A DNA stretch of 64,000 nt from Octopus vulgaris (Eukaryota): assembly GCA_951406725.2 (NCBI GenBank), contig OX597836.1, positions 24,738,001 through 24,802,000 of the forward strand, read 5' to 3'. The notes beneath the pieces are model-generated. The model did no database searches and had not been told where the DNA came from. It saw nothing but the letters and a program-made list of their open reading frames with translations. Positions 14,623 to 29,607 of the stretch are shown in pieces. How positions within the stretch are numbered: position 1 is the stretch's first letter; every line of letters begins with the position of its first letter. The translations under genes and the position numbers were made by a program.

Positions 14623-15329
14623 CAACGCTTCAAGCAAACTATATAGTTATATAAGTTACATGAGACAAAAAGTATTAGAGATCGATGATGTAACAGACAG
14701 AAAGGTATTAAATATTTATTTTATTTGTAAATTATTTTCTTCTCTATTCATTTGTTGTAATAATAATATAACAAATAAAGAATTATTATAATGAAATAAC
14801 TAAAAAAAAATATAATTAAATCTGTGAAATATTATGACAATTTGTTGATGAGGGTTGGGGGAAGCGAAGGAAGGCAGCTTTGATGTTGAAAGATCTTAAT
14901 CAATAAATGTACAGATAAATGGATCAGTGGATGAGCAGAGGTTTAAGGAGGATTTTATATCAGATGGGAGAGGTTAAAATAAAATAAAATCTATCGATAA
15001 AATTGGTGTAGATTTAAATCATACTTATTTTTAATTACTAATTAATCTTCAAATTACACCATCTCAATATTATTAATATGTAATCGGCTAATCTCTCCAC
15101 CCTACTAAGTAGATAATGTCATTAGCTTAATAAGCTAAATCTGTGTCAATATTACAGTGGGGAAATGAAATCGATGGTTTAATCAGTGGCTTCTTAGATA
15201 AGAAAATAATCATTATGGAATATATTTATTGGACTGTGAAAAATCTCGGCTATTTTCTGTTTAAACTAAATTCTCTCAGTAATGATATTTTGAATATGAA
15301 ACAAAAATTGATAGATATTTAATACTCTC

Positions 15330-16135
<806 letters not shown>

Positions 16136-16440
16136 TGTTGATTAGCCGTCTAAAGATAATGTTAAAAGCAGAGTAAGTGATCTCTTCTTTTTATATGTAT
16201 AAGTGCGTAAATTTTGCAAACCATTACTGTTAAAACTATCACATTAATAGAACTTCAACACCAAATAATAGAACGCATGCTTATTGTATTAAGTTTTAAT
16301 TCAGTTCCACTTAAGGCCAGTCTACATTCACCTTCGCATCCATATTCACACTGTGATGTTTCCTATGAAAGGAAACCAGAATCAGGTCGAGGCAAATTTG
16401 TAATCAGAGTTGCGGGAAACGAGCATGATGTGACTTAGTG

Positions 16441-16520
16441 CAGGAATTGCCCGACAATTATCGGAACTATCCGATTATTATCGGAATTATCCGGTCATCA
16501 TCGGGAAATCCCGGTTAATT
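16441..16520. promoter_or_regulatory. four 20-bp units, each with a kappaB-like semi-palindrome (candidate enhancer)
   Basis: ggaattgccc 16443, ggaactatcc 16463, ggaattatcc 16483, gggaaatccc 16503; the repeat is certain, the regulatory role is inferred. Confidence 0.4.
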
Positions 16521-16568
16521 ACTTATCTCTTGCCCTAAAATATTTCTCATTTTCTTCTTGTTTAACAA

Positions 16569-16643
<75 letters not shown>

Positions 16644-16659
16644 CATGCATATATATATA

Positions 16660-16694
<35 letters not shown>

Positions 16695-16891
16695 ATGTAA
16701 GTGTTGTATAATATATAAAATAATACTCTACATTATACATACATATATATATATATAATATATATATACATATATATATATATACATATATATACATGTA
16801 TATGTCCTAGAGAAAAAGAGGGTGTAGTAAACAGACGAGCGGACAGACAGTTAGACAGATGCATACATACATACATATATACATACATACA

Positions 16892-16924
<33 letters not shown>

Positions 16925-17156
16925 GCATAGCCGTCAGTGTAGTCCATTAGACCTATTTTCTGTAAGTTTGTACTTCTGTTATCACGTTGATAAACTAAAT
17001 TAACCTTGACATTGGACACAGCTACAGAAAATCGGTTTAATTTACTGCAGCTTAACGTGATAAATGTCTTTAGTCATTAATAAAATAAAGTAGCGATCAA
17101 GTACTACGTTTAATTTAATTGACTTATAGCTTTACCCTACATAGGTAATCTTCTGA

Positions 17157-17190
<34 letters not shown>

Positions 17191-17223
17191 TAGTTTTATT
17201 TTTATAGCGTGCTTTCACTTCAC

Positions 17224-17288
<65 letters not shown>

Positions 17289-17289
<1 letters not shown>

Positions 17290-17430
17290 AGGCGGTGAGC
17301 TGGCCAACTACTGTCTTCATATTCTTAGTTCAAATTCTACCGAGGCCAACTTTGTCTTTCCTCCTTTCGGGGTCGACAAATTAAGCAGCAGTGAAAAATT
17401 TCAAGCCTTGTGCCTTTTGTAGAAAGAATT
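17289..17430 (+). mobile_element. SINE family A, internally deleted
   Basis: aaggcggtgagctggc...ccgaggccaactttgtctttcctcctttcggggtcgacaaattaag. Confidence 0.8.
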
Positions 17431-18974
17431 ATTATTATTATTACCATTATTATTAATGCTATCACATCGTAGAACAAGTTCCGCATTCGCTTCTTGCTAT
17501 GTTGCTTTCAATAACGTCTGATGAATCCTTAAAATTCTACACTTTTGTAATATAGCAGAGAAATATAAAAGAAAGGAGATGGGGAAGGACAGAGATGACA
17601 AATGTCCCATACACATTCTATCGGAACTATGATTTTTCTAGTATTATTTGTTTTTGTATGTCGTGTTATTTAATAAAAGTGGAATGATTAAAGATTATGC
17701 GTTATATATAACTTTTCTTTCAAACACACATTTCAAACATAACAATGCTCGAGTAAAAGTTTATAATTTCATTATGTTTAGTTTGGAAACAGTAATGTTC
17801 TTAACTTGATTAACATTTCAAAACCGTCTTCCCAAGCACTTCTTCTGAAGGAAGAAATGGTTATCACGCTTTGTTACCGCGTTTTATGGAAAGCAGCAAA
17901 AGTTCAGAAGAAGAATCTTCTAACTGATGAAACTGCCATCGCTGAATTTAAAATTGTTTAATGACTAACTTATGATTACTCTCATAGCTTATTTTTTGTG
18001 TGCTGAATCAATGTGTTGAGATATTGGTTTGTCTTTTGCTAAATATTCTCGAAACACATGTATAAATTCAGGCACCCAGGAAGCCGACAGATGATGCGAC
18101 CCTTCATTATCTAAATATATACGGAATTTAAGGGATGATAAAATTTATTATGAAATTTATTATAGAGCTTCCTCCTGCATTAATGGTTCCAGAAGGCGTG
18201 GTCCCTGTTTCTCATATAAGTATAGTATATTATTACAACCTTTTACAAATTTGAACAAACTACCAAAATTGGAGAATTCTTACAAACGTTTACGACGCTA
18301 TTTGTTGAGTAATGTTTAACAACTACTATTCAACAAATATACTGATTTTCTACTTCAACTGTTTGGGCAATATATATATATATGAATATATATGAGGGAG
18401 ATAGAGAGAAGGAAGAAGAGAGAGATTAACAGATACAAAGAATAGGAACCACATGCACGCATACATAAGTGAGCATGTTTGAGTGTTGTGTGTGTGATTA
18501 ATACAAAATAATACAACTCAGAATAATATAATAAAACACCGAAAATACTACTAATGGCTGTTGTTAATGTTGTTGATGTGGTAATAATCATATAATAGAG
18601 ATAACCGACTCCCGGGTAACCGGATTCAGTTCCCTGGGGCATTTGCATCATTAACTCCATTAGTGGCCTACCGAATTGGTTAAATGTAGCAACTTTTATT
18701 TCCACTATCATCCATCGGTAAATGTTCTCTCCTCCTTTGATACTAATACTGAGGATAGTGGAATTTCGGAATCGATAGAGCATCTGACAAATACCTTATG
18801 GTATGTGGTACTTAGTTATATCCCTCTACGTTCGAAATCCGCTTGACTTTCCCTGATTTTTTTTTGGGGGGGGGGGTTGAAGTGGATAAAATCAATACCC
18901 GTCAATTAATGAAATTAATATAATCGACCGCAAATTTCACTTATTATCGAAGGCTTTGATATATAAATGTATAG

Positions 18975-18991
18975 ACTGATAGGTAAATAGG

Positions 18992-19060
<69 letters not shown>

Positions 19061-19127
19061 TGATAGGTAGGTAGATAGATAGATTGATAGGTAGGTAGAT
19101 AGATAGATAGGTAGATAGGTAGGTAGG

Positions 19128-19215
<88 letters not shown>
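18975..19215. repeat. (GATA)n/(GGTA)n microsatellite
   Basis: direct reading. Confidence 0.97.
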
Positions 19216-19216
<1 letters not shown>

Positions 19217-20688
19217 GTGCGTGTGTGTGTGTAAAAGCTGGCAGTTCAGTTTCGATTTTTTGCCGTATCGTGCTATTTTAGCGGTCGAAACTCCTGAAAT
19301 TCGCAACTTATTTAACCCGTTTTCTTTTGTTGTTTTTGTTGTTGTTTGATTAATTCTAAGGCTGACGGCTTTTTGTAAAAAATAATAATGTTGTTATATG
19401 TGTATTGATTAGTGCCTTAAGGCAGAGGTGAGGTGTCCAATCTACGAGCCCAGCATCGAAAACTCAGTCGGAACCAGCTCTTTTTTATTTTACGCCTGCT
19501 ACATTAGAAATTATGAATGAACTCAACAACCTCACAGTTTGCCTCAGCTGAGGGATTCTGGTTTCATTCAATATGAGAAACAGTAAGCTAAATGTCGCTT
19601 TCTTTAGTTAGATGGTTCGACAGGTGGTTCTATTAGTACCATCGAGAATACGTTGATGAGACCAAACTAGAGCAGCATCATGGTACATCACCACACTAAG
19701 TGCTACTTTAAGAGGTATCAACACCACAAGAGAATATGCTATCACATGGGCTACCACCACAGGGAGCACCTCTAGAGAAAGTACAACTGAGCCATACATT
19801 AAATACCACATGAAATAACAGCACAAGGATCCTCTCCGAGAAATATGAGGGCTGAACAGTATTTCATATTTAATCTTTATTTTTATCTTCTGATTTTTGT
19901 CGACGTTTGGTGATGTTCATTCGCTGTCCTTCTGGACACTTTCATTTTTATCATTCATAAAAATAATTCAGAAACTTTTTCTTTTGCATCTTTTTCTTTT
20001 CAAATTTTTCAAAGTTTTCTTTTATTTTTGAGTTGTTTCCATCTTTTTTTACTTTCATTTGTAAACAATTATCATTATTATTCTTATCATTGGCACCAGC
20101 CTCTTTTAACTATTATCCAAATTTTGCTTTATCTTTAAGACACATAACATTTATCGTATGGAAAGAAAACGTATTCAGAAGCCAAAATGGCAACTAACAA
20201 AAACAAAATCAATTCTCAATCACTATAATTTAGAAAACATATCGACAAACCACAAAGTCTAACTATTAATGAACTAAACAAATTGAAGTTCGTGTGTGCT
20301 TCTATATATAAAATATGTGTGTGTGTGTACATACATACATACGTACATACATATATACATACACACATATATATATGCATGTAGGTAGAAAGGTAGGTAA
20401 GTATGTATGTATAATACAACTGTTTCAGTGTTTTTGCATTTTTTAAATATTGTTTTATTTAGATTTAAATTACTGTCACGTTAGTCTTTGGAATAACAAT
20501 GTATAATAGGAAAAATTCAAAACAATAATTGATTATCTAGACCCTAGACTTGAAATTTCGGGTCAGCGTCTCCTGTTTTATCTTCTCAACCCTGGGTGGG
20601 AAGAAAAGCATGGTTAGCCTCGGTGGAACTCGAAACTTAAAATGTCGGAATAAATTCCAGAAGGAATTAACGATTCTGCCAATCCGCA

Positions 20689-20840
<152 letters not shown>

Positions 20841-21202
20841 TTCTTTTATATTATGTAATGATCCAAGTAAGTCTGCTGGAGACAAGACATGTATATTACA
20901 ATGGTACGTTTCAAAAGACTATTCTCATACGTGTGAATGTGTACGTGTGTATATACATGCATATATATATATAATTAAAATTATTTTTGTGCATGTGTTC
21001 AACGTTTCGGACGATGCTATTCTTCAGGGAAAGGGAGTAATTTTGCTGTGTCCTTTCTGAATGTGAAACAAGAGTGAAACAAATGCCTTGGCTGACATTC
21101 AAAAAATTTTGGGCAATCAGTTACATTAGAATCTCTTTTAAACCTATACATATATGTTTGCGTGTATGTATATACATATATATGAATTATTATTATATAA
21201 AC

Positions 21203-21241
<39 letters not shown>

Positions 21242-21318
21242 AATATACATATGTATAGATGTATTTTTTTCAAATATAATTTCTTTATAAAATGTAAAAC
21301 AATAAGCAAGAACTGATC

Positions 21319-21780
21319 ACTTACCCCACTAGAGTACAACCGAAGTGGACCGGTTTCCTACTATGGTAAGTAAAGAATGGTCGTCTGGCCAATGCTTAAG
21401 GTTGCTTTTATACGAACTAATCACTCACACCCAACATGGCGTCCGCTTGATCCGTTGTCTTTTTGTGACACTGATTTAGTATAAGCAGCTCCTTTTCTCC
21501 CTCTTTCTCTATCGCTCTCCCTCTCTCTCTCTCTCTTTCTCTCTCTTAACTTCTACCTCTCTTTTTCTCTCTCTCTTTCTGTGTTATGGGAGTTGTCCGA
21601 CGTAAGAGATGAGTAAGTTAAAAGGATTAAACAGACAAATCAATCCGAACGATTGAAGAAGATCTCACGTCAGGCTAAAACGAACGGGTGGGTCCGTGCG
21701 TACACCCGCTCTACTTTCTCAATCGCCCGGAGCTATTGGGCGATGATGATACGTCATGCTGATGCGATGAAAAGCTAAAC
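21319..21780 (-). promoter_or_regulatory. candidate promoter plus first exon of a minus-strand host gene
   Basis: CpG-rich unique island; TCAGT Inr at 21474-21470; GACGCCATG at 21437 (overlaps YY1-like caacatggcg); donors GTGAGT 21428 and GGG/GTAAGT 21324; CRE-like TGACGT at 21672 and 21756; CCAAT at 21739. Confidence 0.45.
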
Positions 21781-21858
21781 GGACGTAAATATGTGTATGT
21801 GTGTGTGCATGTATGTGTGTATGTATGTGTGTTTGTACGTGTAAGTAAATAAATAAAT

Positions 21859-21894
<36 letters not shown>

Positions 21895-21895
21895 C

Positions 21896-21947
<52 letters not shown>

Positions 21948-22382
21948 AGTAGTAGAAACTAAGTGATTTGTGCGATCAGAGAATTTTGAAGGCGTATGAG
22001 AGAGAGGGGGAGGGGGGTAAAGGTGGGGGGCATAAGGAAGAAAAAGAAATAGGAGAGTAGAAAGAGGTGAAGATAAAGGGAGAGAGAAAAAAGGAGAGCG
22101 AGAGAATGAGGGAGAGTAGAGAAAAAAGATGAGAAAATGAGAAAGAGGAGGAAAGAAAAATCAAGAGATGAATGTAAAGGAAAAAAGAAAGAGGAGATGG
22201 AGGAAAGAGATAGAGAGAAAGAAGGTGAGTGTGTGAGATAGAGAACATAAGGGAGAGAGAGTGAAGGGATGAAAAAGGAGGGGAAAAAGGGTTAGAAAAA
22301 GGCAGAATGAAAAGACGAAGAGGGTGAAAAGCGTAAGAGAGGGTGCAAGAGATAAAGTGAAAGGGAAGAGGGAGAAATGTGT

Positions 22383-22418
<36 letters not shown>

Positions 22419-22542
22419 ATTGAAGAAAGGGTGAATGGTGTGAGAGAGGGAGAACAAAGCCCATATTAAAGCTTCGTTTAATTCAACTTAAGAATCAGCA
22501 CGATTAACATCAATTGATTATAACCAATCAATGGTGGTGGTC

Positions 22543-22574
<32 letters not shown>

Positions 22575-22853
22575 GGTGGTGTTGGCGATGTACAGTGCAT
22601 TGTAGATTATTACATTATTTTTATCTCCTTGTTTTTTTTGTTTGTTTGTTTGTTTGTTGATTTTGTTGTTTTTCTTTTTGTTTAATTTAATTTTTTTTTT
22701 TATTTATTTAAAAAAAAAATCATATTTCGTTTCGTTCATTCACGCACATACACACATACATGTACATACATACATACATACATACATACATACATACATA
22801 CATGCATACACATACCTAAACATACGCACAGACGTACACGTACACACACACAT

Positions 22854-22892
<39 letters not shown>

Positions 22893-23156
22893 CATGCATA
22901 TGCACATATGCATATATGTACGTATGCAAGCATGTATACAATGCATATACCTATGCCCATGCACACATATATACGTACATATACGCACGTATACTTACTT
23001 TTTTCCTCATTTACAGATTTCAGGGTTTCAGGCAAGAAATGATCATACGCATACATACACAGAAAAACATGCACGCACATCTTTTTTCTCCCGCATCTTT
23101 CTCCGTTTCTATGAGGGAAGGGTGCGGTCATCCCAGCACACACACACACACATACA

Positions 23157-23253
<97 letters not shown>

Positions 23254-23276
23254 AATCCCCCTCCAAAAAAAACGAA

Positions 23277-23440
23277 GAAAAAACAACAATGTGAGGACGT
23301 GGTACATGCAAAGTATTAACAGACGCTCAGGGAAGGAAAGAAAGGTAGTTTTACGTTTCGAGCAAAGCTCTTCTTCAGGAACAGCAGACAGAGGAAAGTC
23401 TAAGAGAAAAGGAAGACGGAGGAAAAAAATCGCTAACTAT
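23277..23440 (-). mobile_element. Penelope-type short terminal module carrying a hammerhead
   Basis: colinear with 62215-62390; embedded next to (TA)n. Confidence 0.75.
23348..23382 (-). ncRNA. minimal type I hammerhead ribozyme motif
   Basis: minus strand gttc CTGAAGA A GAGC ttt GCTC GAAA C GTA aaac; one mismatch in stem I. Confidence 0.7.
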
Positions 23441-23701
23441 CCACATATATATAACAGAGATAATAGTAAGGGATTATCAATCCTCGGTCAAAATACTCCA
23501 TAAGCTCTCTGTTGATATACCAGGCTAACAATATTGTTTAGATTAATGAAGAACTCTAAATATTCTTATGGCAGGGTCGGAGATTATGGTTCATCACAAT
23601 TCTATATTATAAATTTGTGGCTGGGCTCCAGAGAGTTTCTGAAATGTTACTACATACGTTCTGTTGGCGATATTTTTCCTTCTCTAGACTTTTTTCTGTT
23701 A

Positions 23702-23740
23702 GCCTTTCTGACGAAGAGCTATCCTCGAAACGTCAAAAGC
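23702..23740 (+). ncRNA. minimal type I hammerhead ribozyme motif
   Basis: gccttt CTGACGA A GAG ctatc CTC GAAA C GTC aaaagc; core intact, GUC site, stem I 5 of 6 pairs, palindromic ACGT stem III. Confidence 0.8.
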
Positions 23741-23861
23741 TCTTTCTCTTTACCGTCAAATTAATAGATTCCATGTGCGCGTCCTATTGTTGTTTTTGCT
23801 AATTTAAATGTTCGATTTTTTTATTTGAATATACATACATACACACACACACTCACACACG

Positions 23862-23911
<50 letters not shown>

Positions 23912-24039
23912 ATATTAAATTAGAGATAAAACCACTATTAGGCAAATCAAACAATGAAAAACTTAAGCCAATACATAAAATTGGATTCAATCCTAAATCT
24001 GATTTTTCCCTGTAAGTTTGGATTTATTCCCTAATATTT

Positions 24040-24103
<64 letters not shown>

Positions 24104-25232
24104 AATTCAACACTAACCAATTTTCTTTCACCCTTGGTCCCAATTCATGGTGAGATGGTGAGAACAGCAGCCTCACTAATTCTATTCCTGCATTTCGTTT
24201 ATTCCCGTTAACTTGATAGAAATATCTCTTTCACGTAATATGAATGGTGGCTCGGTGCCCTTTTTTTACACCCTTACGGCAACTCCAGGATAGTGAGAGT
24301 TCTCCTGCCCTGTTAGGCAATTCACCTAGAATGCCACTTCAATGTAAAGCCTACAGCTCGCTTCTCAGTGCAACTTTTTTTAGCTCGCCAAAGATCAATT
24401 GTCAGATCTTCATGTCCAAAGCGTGAGATCGGTTTGAGCGGACTAACTCTCATTTTAAAACAACGAAGCGCAGGCAGGAAAAAAATCCTTGCAGTGACGG
24501 AGAAGAGACTAAAACGCTGGTTAAGGGATAATACTAGCAGTCATAGACTCAACTCCGGATATAGGCGTGCCGCTAATCCTCATTGTTTTCGGACTCAAAG
24601 AACCGCCATAAAAAATCAATAACATAATAAGGTTCTGTGGTCCTGTTTTTTTTTTTTAATTCTAACCCCTGATCACTGGCCTATTGGGTTTTTCTCAGAG
24701 TAAGTCCGATTAGAAGACATATTTATCAATGGAAAATGTTATCAACAAAGAAAGTCTGCACTCTTGTAATAATTAGCTGTTTATCATAATTTATTACATA
24801 AGTATAAATGTGTGTGTGTATGTGTGTGGTTCTTCCGTGTGTATGTTTGTGTGAGTGTTTGTGTGTTCGTGTGATGTGTTTGTAAGAACGAAAACAGAAA
24901 GAATATTTGTATTCTTGTGAAAGCGATGTGCATGTTGTTTCGAGTGTTATATGTATGTGTGTGTACGTGTGTATGTGTGCATATATGTTTGTATGTATGT
25001 ATGTATGTATGTATGTATGTATGTATGTATGTATGTATGTGTGTGTGTGTGTGTGTCTGGTACTGTATGAGCTTTGGCTACAGCAACATGCCCGCCTCCA
25101 CGTGACAACCGTCACAATTGGATGAAAGTTATAAATTATTAATATAAGCATTTCTAATTAATTAAGCCTGGTTCTTTGGTGCCTCTCACACGCACTGTGT
25201 TCATCAGACTCTATCAAAAAGAAAAATCTATT

Positions 25233-25311
<79 letters not shown>

Positions 25312-25634
25312 AGATCCATTTAAATAAATATCTACACTAGAATTAACATACCGGCTGGAAGTATAAACGAAACGAGTCGAATGACCCAGTCTTCGATGAC
25401 ACATTAGTATTGGTATGAAACGGAATTGTTTAGTTGTGCAAGCTCAGTCCAGTATTGATCGATCAAATGACTTATGAACCTCACAAAAGCACCCAGCTGA
25501 TTGGGTCCGATCTACAGATCCATCATTCAGATGTACCGTAGTTCCACATGTCTGGGGACCATGATGCATCACCCTACATGAGTTGGGTTACAGCTGGGAT
25601 GTGTGACCCTCTCTGACAAATCCGTTTCTGTACG

Positions 25635-26033
25635 CCACTGTCTGGAACTCTTTCGTCACACGTCTGTGACCTCTTCAGCCACACTTTTCGTTTTCGTGTG
25701 TGTTCTTGCTCCACTTATTCCATTCGGATCTTAGGACAGCAGCAGCGGCACAATGGGGTGAGAGAATGGGGCTGAGGGGAAGGTCACACTGCCGCTAAAA
25801 ACTATGACACACACACACACAAGCATATATGCACACATACACACACACAAGCATATATGCACACATACACACACACGCACACAAACACACACAAACAAGA
25901 ACACAAACGCATGCACAAAAGGATACACATTTTAGAAGAACAGAATGGAGTAAGTGGAGCAAGAACACACACGAAAACGAAAAGTGTCGCTGAAGAGGTC
26001 ACAGATGTGTGACGAAAGACTTCTAGATAATGG
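25635..26033. repeat. inverted repeat (~91-bp arms), each arm carrying a hammerhead-like core
   Basis: 25635-25725 is the reverse complement of 25943-26033; CTGAAGA G GTCACA gatg TGTGAC GAAA at 25990-26017. Confidence 0.85.
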
Positions 26034-26096
26034 ACATTAGTTAAAATAATAAAATAAGAACAGTTCTTCTAAGATATGTGTCCTTATGTGCGCATG

Positions 26097-27215
<1,119 letters not shown>

Positions 27216-27439
27216 TATGAGAGTCTGTTTTTAAACTCTACATTCGAATTACCTCTATTTCCAGATTTCTTATTATTGTTGTTGTCGCTGTTGTTACAAT
27301 TCTTTAAATTCTGCATCTTTCCCATATCTTTCCGAGTGTCACCCTGATGCCTGAGACAGAATTCGCTAATGAATTTAACAATCAATTGGTTTTCAACTGT
27401 CGCCATAGAGCAGAAACAGAACAGTAAATGCCTTTGCCA

Positions 27440-27800
27440 AGTACTTCAATTGATAATGCCTTTTTCAAGACATTAACAGAGTGCCAATCAGCGCTTTTTT
27501 TTTTATCTCTTGCAGGGATTGCTTTCCATATATTTGTTCAAAATACTTTTTTGTCTCCTTTTTTATCATTCCATGTGCACCGATTATCACGGCCTGAAGA
27601 TGCCACATTTTCTCGATTTCAATTATCAGGTCTTTATATTTACTAAGCTTTCGGAACACTTTCCGGGAGATGCTGCAATCAGATGGTATGCTCAAGTCAA
27701 TTAAAAGGCATGTTTTCTTTTTACAACTCTTCACAGTTATATCGGGTCTATTGGCCCTGATCTTTCTCGACTGTGAAGTTTCGCTTCATAGCTGAAGCCA
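27440..27800 (-). pseudogene. R4/Dong-clade LINE restriction-like endonuclease domain remnant
   Basis: IRANRPDITVK..KKTCLLIDLSIPSD...KLSKYKDL..EIEKMW...VIIGAHG..ALIGT (PD..D and K..KY motifs). Confidence 0.88.
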
Positions 27801-28169
27801 TATTTCGGTCAAACATTAATGCAGGCAGTAAAATCCGTTTCTCACAGCAATCTCTCTTTCCATTCAAGATCCCTGATAGATTCCCCGTATTTATGTCCTC
27901 AACTTCTGTACTTTGTTGTCAAACTTATGTACTCTATGTTGTACTCTATGTCATTCTTGATTAATATTATGTTGAGACATCATTTTATTTCTGACACTTG
28001 CCAATGGCCAGACATGGGTTAATATTCAACAGACCAACAAAACGCAACACTAATAAACAAACTCATTAAAATATATAATTAAGTATCCGCTTGGCATAGA
28101 AACTTGGAAAAAGTTTTATCAAAGGATAACAATGATGCGTTCTAATACTGGCGACATTTTGGAACCTTG

Positions 28170-28640
28170 AAATGGAGAAAAAAATTAACTTGCTTGGAAT
28201 TCGAACTAAGAACTTAAGGAACCAGAACAAATCCTGCAAGGATATTTTACCAGGCGCTTTGACGACCCTGCCAACCTATCACCCTAATGAGAATCCCTTC
28301 TTATTTTGGCGCAAGACCAGCAATTTTGAGAGGTGGAAAAGGATTACAACGGCCCCAGTGTTCAACTGGTATTTATTTTATCGATTCCGAAAGCATGAAA
28401 TGCAAAGTCGACCTCGTCGCAATTTGAACACAGGACGTAAAGCCAGACGAAATGTTGCTAAGCATTTAGTCCGGCTCGCCGTCTTGACCACTCGATTATA
28501 TAGACTCTAATATTTAACTAGAGGAATAAAAGCCAAAGCTGAACTCGGTGAGATTTGAACTCAGAACGTAAAGCGGTAGAACAAATACCACAGAGTATTT
28601 TCTCAGACATGTTAGCAATTCTGCCAGCCCACCGTTCTTA
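28170..28640 (-). mobile_element. cluster of three degraded SINE A-like fragments
   Basis: repeated gaactcagaac / aaagtcgacctcg / ctgccagc motifs. Confidence 0.7.
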
Positions 28641-28959
28641 ATTTACTTTTCAATAGACACAAGGCAACGCCGGTGTCGAGGTTCAAACTTGCCGTTCACA
28701 TGTAAGAACTATAAGGTCTGACTGAGTTAGTAATGAAAATGAATGTTCTTGCCGATCCAAATTGCTGCAGCATCGATTCATAAATAAAGAGTTATGATGT
28801 ATGGGACATGCTTTCGGAAAGCTCTTAATTAAGATGCGGGAGTAACCGTATTAAAATATTTCTACATCTATGTTTGTGCATCTAATTTCCAGATTTAAAA
28901 GTTTGAATCGATAAAGGATTAGAATGGCTCTCTGTTAACGAGATAAAATATTTTATCAG

Positions 28960-29607
28960 ATATATTCCTCCATCTGCCTTCCCTGCTAACAATTCCTAAG
29001 AGACTCGTGGGGTTTCGAGACCTAAGGCACTTCCTCTTTAAGGTCCTACAATAAGCAACCCTCATTAAACTTTCTGGCTGAAATCCTAAGCATGACCAAC
29101 TGAGATTTTGAATAGATTATGAGATTATCCAACTATCTCATTCTTTATCCAATTCTGTCCTGCTGGTTGACTCAGTTTGAAGAATCCGTCTTGCGATTCT
29201 TTCCTGCAACACTCTAATCACATGTCCGCAGCACCAGAACTGTAACTTCTCAATGAGGAGAATAGCGGCTCCACAGGGAGAAACTCCTTGATCTCCGAAC
29301 CTCGAAACTTGTTAAGTAACATTACTCTAGAGATCCCCCGGAGGATTCCCATTTCGGCCTCTTGCATTGGTCATCGTATTCTTTCGGTCATTACCCAATA
29401 TTCATGACTATCGATGAGGTTAGGCACAAAAACCGAATTAATGACAGTAAGTTTGGATGTTTTACCAATTCCCCTTCTTCTGAAGATCAAAAGAAAAGGG
29501 CTGCAGCATCACTGTGCCAGCACTTGCAATCTTAGAATCCAACTCAGCCTCCTGCATCCCCTAACTTGTGAATATGGTTCCGAGATATTTAAACTTCTCC
29601 GCTTGTG
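28960..29607 (-). pseudogene. RTE-clade (Rex3/Expander-like) LINE RT C-terminal remnant
   Basis: EKFKYLGTIFTS...SKLTVINSVFVPNL..SHEYWVMTERIR..MQEAEMGILRGI...VEPL...GHVIR; contains stops and frameshifts. Confidence 0.88.

Noticed and set aside
18355-18783. 142-aa minus-strand ORF
   Set aside because: It starts in a decayed SINE, runs through low-complexity tracts, and has no recognisable domain.
19608-19826. Possible exon after ctttctttag with a Thr-rich frame
   Set aside because: All three plus frames hit stops soon after the acceptor, and no domain is recognisable.
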